Of a DNA stretch of 64,000 bases, positions 20,786-30,786 are shown one piece after another. Source of the stretch: Podarcis cretensis (taxonomy: Eukaryota); the NCBI GenBank assembly GCA_951804945.1, contig OX638155.1:5394001-5458000 (forward strand). Direction: 5' to 3'. Position 1 is the first letter of the stretch. Each line of letters starts with the position of its first letter. Below the pieces are notes generated by a model. That model saw nothing but the letters and a program-made list of their open reading frames with translations, had not been told where the DNA came from and made no database searches. Made by a program: the position numbers and the translations under genes.

Positions 20786-23215
20786 ATGAACGATAGCTTC
20801 AGAAAGATGAAAGGTCTGTATCTTTTGCTTCTTCTCTTTGTGTTGAAAGCAGTCTGCATTTCATTTCGCTATTCTGTACCTGAAGAAAAGAAAAAGGGGT
20901 TTTTGGTGGCTAATGTGCTGGAGGATCTGAAACTGGGAAAAGGGGAGCTCTCTGTTCGCAGAGCCCAGCTGGTGTCCAAAAGCACAAAGCAATATTTCCA
21001 CCTTGATACTCACTCTGGGAATTTGCTGATACATGATAAAATAGACAGAGAAGCTTTATGTGGCCAGACTGATCCTTGCATGCTGCTGTCCGAAATTGTG
21101 CTTCAAAACCCCTTAAATATCTACAGTATAGAAATGAAGATAGAAGATGTGAATGACAATACTCCCAAATTCTCTAAAGATAAATTTGATCTGGAAATTC
21201 CAGAGATTGTACCTACAAACACACAGTTCCCCTTGGAATCTGCCCAAGATGAGGACTTAGGAGAAAACAGTATCCAAAACTACACACTCAGTCCCAATGA
21301 GCATTTCCGACTATATGTGAAAAGCAACAAGGATGGAAGGAAATATGTGCATCTTGTTCTGCAGAAGCCACTGGACAGGGAGAATAACTCACACTTTGGA
21401 CTGATCCTCATGGCTGTGGATGGAGGGGTGCCACAGAGAACAGGCACAGTTCAAATAAATATTAATGTTCTTGACAATAATGACAACTTTCCTCTGTTTA
21501 CCCAGCCTGAATACAAAGCTAGGTTAAAAGAAAATAGCCCACAGGGCACTCTGGTCTTCAAAGTGGAAGCCACAGATTTGGATTTTGGTTCGAATGCACA
21601 GATCACCTACTCATTCCACCAGGCACCGGAAAAAATATACAGTTTCTTTTATTTAAATGAAATAAATGGAGAAATCACTCTTTCTGGTCAGCTTGATTAT
21701 GAAAAAGAAACCAGGTATGACATGAACATTAGAGCAATAGATGGAGGGGGTCTTTCAGGTCACTGCAAGGTCCTGGTAGAGATTGAGGATGTGAATGACA
21801 ATGTCCCTGAAGTGTCCGTCATATCCATCACTAGTCCTTTGGCAGAGGATTCTCCCCTGGAGACACTTGTGGCTCTCTTCAGTGTCGCAGACCGAGACTC
21901 CGGAGACAATGGCAGAACTCTGTGCTCTGTGGAAGTAAACCTTCCTTTTATGTTAAAACCCAGTATGAATAACTATTACCAGCTTGTGGTCCAAAGTCCC
22001 TTGGACAGAGAGAAGGTCCCGGAATATAATATCACCATCACAGCCGTAGACCAAGGCTCCCCCAGGCTCACTTCAACAAGAATAATTAATGTTCAGATCT
22101 CAGATATCAATGACAACCCTCCAGTATTTGAAAAGTCTTCATGTGAAATGCAGATACGGGAAAACAATATTCCAGGACTGCTCATTGGCTCAGTCCGTGC
22201 TGCTGATCTGGACACCGAGAAGAATGCCAAGGTCACCTACTCCCTTTTGCCTGGGAAGGTCACTGATGGCCTTGTGGCCTCTTACATCTCAGTCAACTCT
22301 GAAAGCGGAAATCTGTATGCCCTCCGATCTCTGGATTATGAGCAGATCAAAGATTTCACAGTGACGGTGAGGGCTACAGATGGAGGGTCTCCTCCCCTCA
22401 GCTCAGAAGTTACTGTCCGAGTCATAATCCTAGACGAAAACGACAACGCTCCCTTCTTCCTCTACCCTCTTCAGAACAGCACATCCCCCTGCAATGAGCT
22501 GGTGCCCAAGTCGGTGGAGGCCGGCTACCTGGTCACCAAGGTGGTGGCTGTGGATGGAGATTCTGGCCAGAACTCGTGGCTTTCCTATGAGCTGCTGAAG
22601 GCCACAGACCCTGGTCTTTTCAGCATAGGAGCCCAGAATGGGGAAGTGAGAACCAGGAGAGCCCTGAGCGAGCGAGACACCAGCAAGCAGAGACTCCTGA
22701 TAGTGGTCAGGGACAACGGGCTCCCTCCCCAGAGCAGCACTGCCATGCTCCATGTCCTTCCCGTGGGTGGCTTTTCGGATCCTTATATGAAGGCTGTGGA
22801 GGTCAGTAAAGAGGAGCACGAAGAAGATGGGACCTTGACCTTGTATTTGGTGATCTGCCTGGCTGCCGTCTCCTTTGTGTTCCTTGTTTGCATTGTTTCC
22901 TTTGCTGCCATCAAGATCTGCAGGAGGGATCCCAGGGAAAGTTTTATCGCTGCCCCTCCTCACTTCCCACCTGCCAGACCCGACATCCCAGAGAACTGTG
23001 GTGATTCTCAGAGCGGGTCTCTTTCCAGGAGTTACCACTACGATGTTTGCTTAACCGGTGGGTCCTTGAGCAGCGAGTTCAGGTTCCTCAGGCCCCTCAT
23101 TCCTGTTTTTTCTGTGGGGGACCCAAACCTCAATGTGAACCAGACCCCTCCTTCTGCTTCCCAAGATATTCCTGATGCTTTGGAGAGCAGGAAGCCAATG
23201 GAACAGGTGAGATAA
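20786..23215 (+). CDS. PCDHB: Protocadherin beta-type variable exon, class B copy 3 (B3)
   Basis: 809-aa ORF, start context ACCATGA; donor CAG|GTGAGA at 23206/23207. Confidence 0.93.
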   Translation: MNDSFRKMKGLYLLLLLFVLKAVCISFRYSVPEEKKKGFLVANVLEDLKLGKGELSVRRAQLVSKSTKQYFHLDTHSGNLLIHDKIDREALCGQTDPCMLLSEIVLQNPLNIYSIEMKIEDVNDNTPKFSKDKFDLEIPEIVPTNTQFPLESAQDEDLGENSIQNYTLSPNEHFRLYVKSNKDGRKYVHLVLQKPLDRENNSHFGLILMAVDGGVPQRTGTVQININVLDNNDNFPLFTQPEYKARLKENSPQGTLVFKVEATDLDFGSNAQITYSFHQAPEKIYSFFYLNEINGEITLSGQLDYEKETRYDMNIRAIDGGGLSGHCKVLVEIEDVNDNVPEVSVISITSPLAEDSPLETLVALFSVADRDSGDNGRTLCSVEVNLPFMLKPSMNNYYQLVVQSPLDREKVPEYNITITAVDQGSPRLTSTRIINVQISDINDNPPVFEKSSCEMQIRENNIPGLLIGSVRAADLDTEKNAKVTYSLLPGKVTDGLVASYISVNSESGNLYALRSLDYEQIKDFTVTVRATDGGSPPLSSEVTVRVIILDENDNAPFFLYPLQNSTSPCNELVPKSVEAGYLVTKVVAVDGDSGQNSWLSYELLKATDPGLFSIGAQNGEVRTRRALSERDTSKQRLLIVVRDNGLPPQSSTAMLHVLPVGGFSDPYMKAVEVSKEEHEEDGTLTLYLVICLAAVSFVFLVCIVSFAAIKICRRDPRESFIAAPPHFPPARPDIPENCGDSQSGSLSRSYHYDVCLTGGSLSSEFRFLRPLIPVFSVGDPNLNVNQTPPSASQDIPDALESRKPMEQVR

Positions 23216-24057
23216 TTTTAAATAACCTTTTGCTGAATATAGAGGGGGGGTAGAGAGGGAAAGATTCAAATATGATCTCTGCAATGATATTCTGTGAAAC
23301 ACCTCAGCAACCTGGCTGTACTATTTGGTAAAGTGAGGCGACTATATGTGGGAGCTGGTTAGGGCTCAGTGGGGCTTTGATTGCATTTACCCTCACACAT
23401 CCATTGTGGATCAGTGACAGTTCTCTGCCTGTAGTTATTCCACTGATGCAGGTCTTAACTGTCCCATTGCACCTGTTTCAGGATCCTGCTCTTTCCTTTC
23501 AGGCATCCTTGTGCCCTTATTAGGGAGGTTGCACTCAGAGACCTTGTTTCAAATCCCTGTTGAGTCCCTGTTGAGACCACTCACTGGGTGGTCTCTGAAA
23601 TCTATTGTATCTCAGTCTTAGTCCATCAAGGCATTGAAACCTTGGAGAGTGACTTCTAATCAGACATTACTGGCATAGATAAACCAATGATAGGATTTTG
23701 TATTATGACCTTTTGGGAGGGAAAAAGGAATAAAAATGTAACAACCCGCAAGGGCGATGGTGCAGGATAGGAACCATAAGCACAAAAGTATAAATGTATG
23801 GAAGCCGGTCAAATATTGAGTAAGTCCCAAATCCCCGCTGGCAACACCTTCAGATCCTGCAACATTTTAAAGTAATGTAGAGAGAATGGGATGACTCGAT
23901 GCCACCACAAGCTATTGCTTCTCTGCCCACCGGATATCCCTTCCCTGAATGCTTTACATTATGGAGGTGTTTTACATGAGGCCACCTTCCTTTATCCTTC
24001 TCACATCACCTCTCTGGCTCCCCTTTCCCAATGTCTCTGTCTACTCTTGGTCCAGGT

Positions 24058-24126
24058 TTCTCTTCTCTTCTCTTCTCTTCTCTTCTCTTCTCTTCTCTTC
24101 TCTTCTCTTCTCTTCTCTTCTCTTCT
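24058..24126. repeat. (TCTTC)n pentanucleotide microsatellite
   Basis: Direct reading, about 13 units. Confidence 0.95.
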
Positions 24127-25818
24127 CCCAACAGCACATATCTTCCTTTTCAGTTTATACTCAACCAGATTCCTTAAAAGTGCAGGCTGAAATGGAGGCC
24201 ACATCAGCACCATATATTTATAGCACATCTGAAGCTTTATGAGAGATAAACTGCAGTTCCTATTATTATTTGGAGGAAGCCTTTAAATGTATGGTTAGGA
24301 TGTGTTCAGAGTTTTAGTTGAGGTTTTGAGTTAAGATTGCAAGTACTGATTCAAATAATTAAACAGGGTGATTTGTTTGTGTGTGTTTAAATTGCTTGTC
24401 TCTATTACTAATCATATGTTTTATCGTCCAAATCTGATATGGTATATGCAGAAGCAAGACAACAGTGTGTTGTATCTAACACGTTCAGTGATCTTCATCA
24501 CATTTGAGAGCAAGAGCTTAATGTGTAAATGTGGAATATTTTAAACATATGGAATTGGTTGTTGGCTGAATAGCTTTCATGTTTAAACAAACGCTGAAAA
24601 TATATGAATTCTAATAGAGCAAATGCAGGAATCATACAGGAAAAATATACCACCTGATATTGATCCCTGTTTGACAACTTTTCCAGAACTTTGTTGAAAC
24701 ATATTTAATTATGTTAAATAATCTGTCTCACAGTTGGTCTTTCTTGCTCTAGCTAACAGTATATTTCTTCACTCAAAATCCAGCCCCTCACACCATTCAG
24801 TGCAAAGCATGTTATTTGTAAACAGCTGCAGGTCACAGTTGCAACCTGTAAGTTCACTCATGTTCCCAAAAGCTTAGAAACGGTATCTTGCAAGCCGTGT
24901 AAAGCCGATGTAGAGTCACATTTTGTGCTTCTTAAAACTTAGCCTGTGTGTACCAATACTTAGTATTTGTCTTTCAGCCCCAATACTCTCCTTCAGCAGG
25001 CGTGGGGCAGTACTAAAGCTGACAACAATATGGGGGCTGTGGGCACTCAGGTGCTGCCACTCACTTGACTTCCTGACGCTTACTTTATATTCCTTTATTT
25101 CAGTTTGGGAGAGTGGTGATCAAGGCTGACAGATGATGCAGGATGTGGAGAGGGAGTTGAGACTGAGGCAGGCAGGAAGTGGGGCAGCCAGGTGCTTAGG
25201 GCCTTTTCGGGGGAAGAAGTCTACTGTCATAGGGTTAGGTATAGGCACTGAGAGCTGCAAATATTAGGGGTAGCATTGCAAAACGTTAGGTGCTTTATTC
25301 AGCTCCGAAGTCTGCAAGGCAACTGAAAGTGCATATACATATTTATGGGAAGTGAGTATTGCAGCATTATACAGTACATCAGCCCAAGAATAGGGAAGAG
25401 GACTCAAGATTTTAGGGTTAAATAAGGGCTGGAGCTATATTATTTTGTAAGACTGCAGTGAGATACATTCTTCTTCATGGTAGTTGCCCAGGGCAGGTAT
25501 TTTTTTAAAAAAACCCACTTGGGTGAAATGGTGGATACACTAGTCAGGAAGACCCCATCCTGCTCCTCCCTGCCCACAGAGCCAAAGACTTGCCAAGGCA
25601 GACCAGATCAGAGTCACACCTTCTCTGAGCTCAACTTTTGTGTAACTGAGCAGAGGATTCTGACTTTTCAAGCCCAGGACCCCTGAAAGGCTTGTTAGAA
25701 GAAGCCCCCTTTACTCATCTAAACAACCCAAATAGTGACTCAGGGTGTTCACCAAGTTACATCTCTTTACTTCCTCTCCCATCATTATTAGCAAGCCACT
25801 GCCTTTTTAGTTAGATAG

Positions 25819-26179
25819 TAAAGGTAAAGGTACCCCTGCCCGTACGGGCCAGTCTTGACAGACTCTGGGGTTGTGCGCCCATCTCACTTAAGAGGCCAGG
25901 GGCCAGCGCTGTCTGGAGACACTTCCGGGTCACGTGGCCAGCGTGACATCGCTGCTCTGGCCAGAGCCAGAGCCGCACACGGAAACGCCGTTTACCTTCC
26001 CGCTGGTAAGCGGTCCCTATTTATCTACTTGCACCCGGAGGTGCTTTCGAACTGCTAGGTTGGCAGGCGCTGGGACCGAGCAGCGGGAGCGCACCCCGCC
26101 GCAGGGATTCGAACCGCTGACCTTTCGATCGGCAAGCCCTAGGCGCTGAGGCTTTAACCCACAGCGCCACCTGCGTCCC
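25819..26179 (-). mobile_element. Sauria SINE, full length, young subfamily
   Basis: (TAAAGG)n tail; body TTTACCTTCCCGC...CTATTTATCTACTTGCAC...TGCTTTCGAACTGCTAGGTTGGCAGG; tRNA-like head GGGATTCGAACC; TSD TTTTAGTTAGATAG at 25805-25818 / 26180-26193. Confidence 0.92.
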
Positions 26180-26645
26180 TTTTAGTTAGATAGCCAAATG
26201 TAATTAACACCAGTCCCATTCATCAAAGCAGGCTGCCTCCCACCACTGCAATGCAGACTAGGTGTGGTGGCCTTTTCTCCAGAGCCAATTGGTGTGTGTG
26301 TCCTACCTGGCCACAGTGGTGGTGGGCTTACTAGCGGGGACCAAGTGAGAGCTACAGCTGCTCTATTTCGCCTTTCATTGCATCATCAGCAACAGGAACT
26401 TCTAGATCTCAGTCAGAGATTCATAGCAAAGCAGCATGGCTTGGGTGAGAAGGTTAAAGGCCATCTTAAATGAAGTAATGAGAGTACACATAAACTCCAT
26501 CGGGAGTTCAGCGGGGGAAAACGCAAATTGTATTCTTAAATTCTTCAGAGCACAAGGGGGCTTCTTCGTCCCCGCAGCTCTAAAATTATACAAGTAATGA
26601 GAGTTCCTTGCCAGGGTCACTTCCACAAAGGGATGCTGGAGACAT

Positions 26646-26756
26646 TTTACTAATGGAATTTCAATTCCTGAATCTCTGTGAATTTACTAATGGAATTTCA
26701 ATTCCTGAATCTCTGTGAATTTACTAATGGAATTTCAATTCCTGAGTCTCTGTGAA
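26646..26756. repeat. 37-bp tandem repeat, three copies
   Basis: TTTACTAATGGAATTTCAATTCCTGAATCTCTGTGAA three times with one mismatch. Confidence 0.95.
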
Positions 26757-27062
26757 TGGAACTGTGAACTTTCTGATGATAGGTCTAGATGAGGGCTGGA
26801 CATCTTCATGGTTTTCCCTGGGCATCCTAAACATTATCAGATGAAGAGGGACCTTAAAGATCAGTGTTCATCTTACACTTCTTTTTCCTTGGTCTCCCTG
26901 CACACCTTAAATAGTCATGGCAATGTTGTTCTATTCATATTCTAAACATCTCACTGAGTTTTATGGTGAAGAAATGTGTTTGTGTGTATGTATGAGTATA
27001 ATTATTTACTGTTTATAAAATGTAAATGTAACAGGCATTAAATATCGAAGAATATTCTATGC

Positions 27063-27448
27063 TAGGGGTTTCCAAACTGTTGCCTGTAGACCACCAGTGG
27101 TCTGCAAGCTTTATTCAGGTCATCCCTGGAGACCAGCACCTATGAATGGTGGGTTTAGCACATTAGCTTCCCATTGTACTTTTATTGCTTATTTTACTTC
27201 TTATGTTGAATTTTACTTTTATTACAGTATTTTGTATTTTGTCTATGGAAATCAGATGGGAATATAATAAAATACAATATAGGAAATAAAAAAGCAATAC
27301 AAATACAACATATACAAATACAATCTAGCAACAGCTCATTACAGTTGCTACAACAAGCTAAAAGATCATTAGGTGGTTCACGAAGACACTCAGCTATTTG
27401 GCAGTGATCAGTCTTGGTGCAGGGGGTGGAAAGAGTTTGAGAAGAACC
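27063..27448. mobile_element. Degenerate hAT-like MITE
   Basis: Ends TAGGGGTTTCCAAACT... and ...AGTTTGAGAAGAACCT with an AT-rich internal quasi-palindrome; no clean TSD. Confidence 0.4.
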
Positions 27449-27504
27449 TTTTTGTGCTTATCAACAATGTCTGAGTGCTCTTACAGCTGCTGCATTTAAC
27501 TTCT

Positions 27505-27525
27505 AAACACAAGGTGGTGCAATTG
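27505..27525 (+). promoter_or_regulatory. CSE / CTCF-like promoter element of A4
   Basis: AAACACAAGGTGGTGCAATTG with an upstream TGCATTT module, 281 bp before ATG 27786. Confidence 0.62.
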
Positions 27526-27785
27526 CACAGGCAGTAGAAATCAGAGCTGCTGCGCCGTGCCAGAAAGCTGTGACCATTAGAAGAAAGGAATCTGAAAAAA
27601 GGGTAGCAGCTCTTGATTGCAACAAAATCTGCAGAATCTGTAGGAGGCAAGCACTGCTGCATCTACTTCATGAAACAAGGACAACAAAGGGATCTCATAA
27701 CAGAGAAAAGGGCAATTCTGGCAACTGCTTTACAAAGAGGCACCTTGGATTCCAATCTGCCTTGAGAACAAAGCTGGGAAAGAAA

Positions 27786-30233
27786 ATGAAAACCCTCCAT
27801 TATAGCAGGCAAGTTTGTCTCTTCTTTATCTGTCTCTGTACCTGTGGTGTGGTGTGTGAGTCCTTCCGCTATTCAGTGCCTGAGGAAAAGAAAAGTGGGT
27901 CTCTGGTGGCTAATCTGCTGAAAGATTTGAAAATGGAGGTAAAGGAGCTGTCTGCTCGGAGAGCGCAGCTGCTTTCTAAGACTGCCAAGCAGTATTTTGA
28001 GCTGGATCCCCAGTCTGGGGATGTGATAATAAAAGATAAAATAGACCGGGAGTCCCTGTGTGTTCAGAATGACCCTTGTGTTCTGCTTTGTGAAATGGTG
28101 CTGGAAAAGCCATGGCAGCTGCACAGAATTGAGATTCAAATAGAAGACGTGAATGATAATTCCCCCAGATTCTCTGAAAAACAATTTGTCTTGGAAATAC
28201 CTGAGCAGACACCCACAAATACCCGATTCATTTTGGAAAAAGCTCAAGATTCAGACAAAGGACAAAATGCTGTTCAGAACTATACTCTTAGTCCAAATGA
28301 ACATTTTAGACTGGATGTGGAAAGTCACACTGATGGTAGCAAATATGCAGAACTGGTATTAGAAAAGCCTTTGGACCGTGAGGAGAAGCCACAGGTTGCA
28401 TTAATGCTGTCAGCTGTTGATGGAGGGATCCCAAGAAGAAGCGGAAGTACACAAATTATTGTTCGGGTTCTGGACACCAATGACAATGCTCCTCACTTTA
28501 ATAAATCTGTATATAATGTTCAACTACTGGAAAACCTTCCACCAGGTACACTGGTCACCAAAGTTGAAGCCACAGACAGGGATCTTGGTTCCTACGCACA
28601 TATCACTTATTCATTCAGCCAAGGGTCAGAAAATGTGTTGAGAATGTTCAAGTTAAATAAACACACCGGGGAGCTTACTACTGCGGCAACAATCGATTAT
28701 GAAGAAAACACAAATTATGAGATGAACATCAGAGCTACAGATGGAGGGGGCCTTTCTGCTTACTGCAAAGTCATTGTAGAGATTGAGGATGAGAACGACA
28801 ATGCTCCAGAGATTACCATCACATCCATCACCAGTCCCTTACCTGAGGACTCTCCCCCAGACACAGTGGTGGCCCTCTTCAGTGTCACAGATGTGGACTC
28901 TGGAGACAGTGGCAGAACTGCCTGCACCACTGAAGTAAACCTGCCATTTGTGCTCAAACCCACCGAGAACAACTATTACCGGCTGGTGACCCAACAGCCA
29001 CTGGACAGAGAACAAGCCTCTGAGTATAACATCACCATCACAGCCACGGACAGGGGCTCCCCCAGACTCACTTCCACAAGAATACTTCATGTTGAAGTGT
29101 CAGATGTCAATGACAACCCTCCAGTGTTTGAAAAGCCATTCTATGAAATGCAGTTAAGGGAAAACAATATTCCTGGTCTTCTGATCAATTCAGTCCATGC
29201 TGTTGATCTGGACACAGCGCAGAATGCCAAAGTGACCTACTCGCTTTTTCCTGGGAAGGTCAATGATGGCCCCACATCCTCTTACATCTCCATCAACTCT
29301 GAAACGGGGAACCTGTATGCCATCCGGTCTCTGGATTATGAGGAAGTAAAAGATTTCCAGGTGACGGTGAGGGCTGTGGATTCAGGTTCCCCTCCACTGA
29401 GCTCAGAAGTTCCCATCCGCGTTCAGGTCGTGGATGAAAATGACAATGCCCCCTTCATCCTCTACCCTCTCCAGAATGGCACTTCCCCCTCAAATGACCT
29501 GGTTCCCCGAGGGGCAGAGACTGGCTACCTGGTCACCAAGGTGGTGGCTGTGGACAGGGATTCTGGCCAGAACTCTTGGCTTTCCTACCAGCTGCTGAAG
29601 GCCACAGAACCGGGTCTGTTCACGGTGGGGGCCCAGAATGGAGAAGTGACCACCCTCAGGCCGGTCAGCAACCGAGACAGCTTCAAGCAGAATCTGATTG
29701 TGGTGGTCCGAGACAACGGCCATCCTCCCCAGTCCACCTCTGCCACGCTCAGAATCCTGCTAGTGGACAGCTTCTCTGACCCTTATCTGAAAAGTGTGGC
29801 TCTCCCAAAGGAGGAAACCGTGGAGGAGGAAGACCCCAGCCTGACGATGTATCTGATCATCTGCCTGGCTGCCATCTCATGCATCTTTCTCATTTCTGTT
29901 GTGGCGTTTGTTGTCATCAAGTTGCAGAAACGTGAAAAGTTCATAGGAACCTACAACTCTGCAGCCAATTTCCCGGTGGGACCTGATTCCCAGGAGAACT
30001 CTGCGGATTCTGGTGCTGGATCTCTATCCCAGGCTTACAACTATGAGGTGTGCTTAGCTGGTGGGTCTCTGAACAGCGAGTTCCGGTTTCTCAGGCCCCT
30101 GTTTCCTGTTTTCTCTGTGGAGCCTCCTAACACTCAGCTGAATCCAAGGAGTTCCAGTGGGTCCCAAGAAGTGCCTTGTAATGAAGAAGAAACGCGTCTG
30201 AGATGTCAGGTGAGGATAATTAGTATAATATGA
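27786..30233 (+). CDS. PCDHB: Protocadherin beta-type variable exon, class A copy 4 (A4)
   Basis: The ORF track starts at a non-ATG codon (27570); first ATG is 27786 (MKTLHYSRQV signal peptide); donor CAG|GTGAGG at 30209/30210. Confidence 0.93.
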   Translation: MKTLHYSRQVCLFFICLCTCGVVCESFRYSVPEEKKSGSLVANLLKDLKMEVKELSARRAQLLSKTAKQYFELDPQSGDVIIKDKIDRESLCVQNDPCVLLCEMVLEKPWQLHRIEIQIEDVNDNSPRFSEKQFVLEIPEQTPTNTRFILEKAQDSDKGQNAVQNYTLSPNEHFRLDVESHTDGSKYAELVLEKPLDREEKPQVALMLSAVDGGIPRRSGSTQIIVRVLDTNDNAPHFNKSVYNVQLLENLPPGTLVTKVEATDRDLGSYAHITYSFSQGSENVLRMFKLNKHTGELTTAATIDYEENTNYEMNIRATDGGGLSAYCKVIVEIEDENDNAPEITITSITSPLPEDSPPDTVVALFSVTDVDSGDSGRTACTTEVNLPFVLKPTENNYYRLVTQQPLDREQASEYNITITATDRGSPRLTSTRILHVEVSDVNDNPPVFEKPFYEMQLRENNIPGLLINSVHAVDLDTAQNAKVTYSLFPGKVNDGPTSSYISINSETGNLYAIRSLDYEEVKDFQVTVRAVDSGSPPLSSEVPIRVQVVDENDNAPFILYPLQNGTSPSNDLVPRGAETGYLVTKVVAVDRDSGQNSWLSYQLLKATEPGLFTVGAQNGEVTTLRPVSNRDSFKQNLIVVVRDNGHPPQSTSATLRILLVDSFSDPYLKSVALPKEETVEEEDPSLTMYLIICLAAISCIFLISVVAFVVIKLQKREKFIGTYNSAANFPVGPDSQENSADSGAGSLSQAYNYEVCLAGGSLNSEFRFLRPLFPVFSVEPPNTQLNPRSSSGSQEVPCNEEETRLRCQVRIISII

Positions 30234-30511
30234 TTATATTCTGAATGAATAAAAATAATTATATTCAATCAATGATACTTGGTTGATGACTTAAGCTCAC
30301 TGAAAGAACAGGATACGTGGAAATGTAAGTAAGGTTTGAAATGTAGTGTACTTATCAATTTATTTTTTTCCTATTTATTGGTATGATTAAGAAAATTATT
30401 ATCGCATGTACACATGAGCTAACAGTTAAATGAGCATGAATCTAAACTCAATTTTCACTGGGCTGGTATTAAATAGACTTTATAGGCTATTAATGCATTT
30501 TTCTTAGATGA

Positions 30512-30527
30512 ACCACAAGGTGGCATT
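30512..30527 (+). promoter_or_regulatory. CSE / CTCF site of B4
   Basis: ACCACAAGGTGGCATT with upstream TGCATTT, 275 bp before ATG 30787. Confidence 0.7.
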
Positions 30528-30786
30528 ATTGGCAAGCACATTATTTTTTATTCACAATATTGCATTGTAGCAGCACTGAGGGGAAGCTATGAACAGACAA
30601 AACTGAACTAGAGAGGTGCAGGCTCCTTTTCTAGAAAGGAAATACAAAATTCAAGGGAGCAAGCATTGACCACGACAGGGGGAAAAAGAAACAATTTACA
30701 CAACAGCACAGGGAGCCACTGGAGAAAACCTAAAGATTGGTCTTTTGGCCAGAACCTATATATCTTATCAAGAAGGGAGAGAAACC

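Noticed and set aside
23891-24242. Short ORFs with LFSS / KRREE repeats
   Set aside because: Translation of the (TCTTC)n microsatellite.
26646-26756. Three 37-bp repeats as a CRISPR-like array
   Set aside because: No spacers and vertebrate context; a simple tandem duplication.
27570-27785. 72-aa N-terminal extension of A4 (similar extensions at 30745 and 37970)
   Set aside because: Non-ATG starts from the ORF caller; homologous signal peptides begin at the downstream ATGs.
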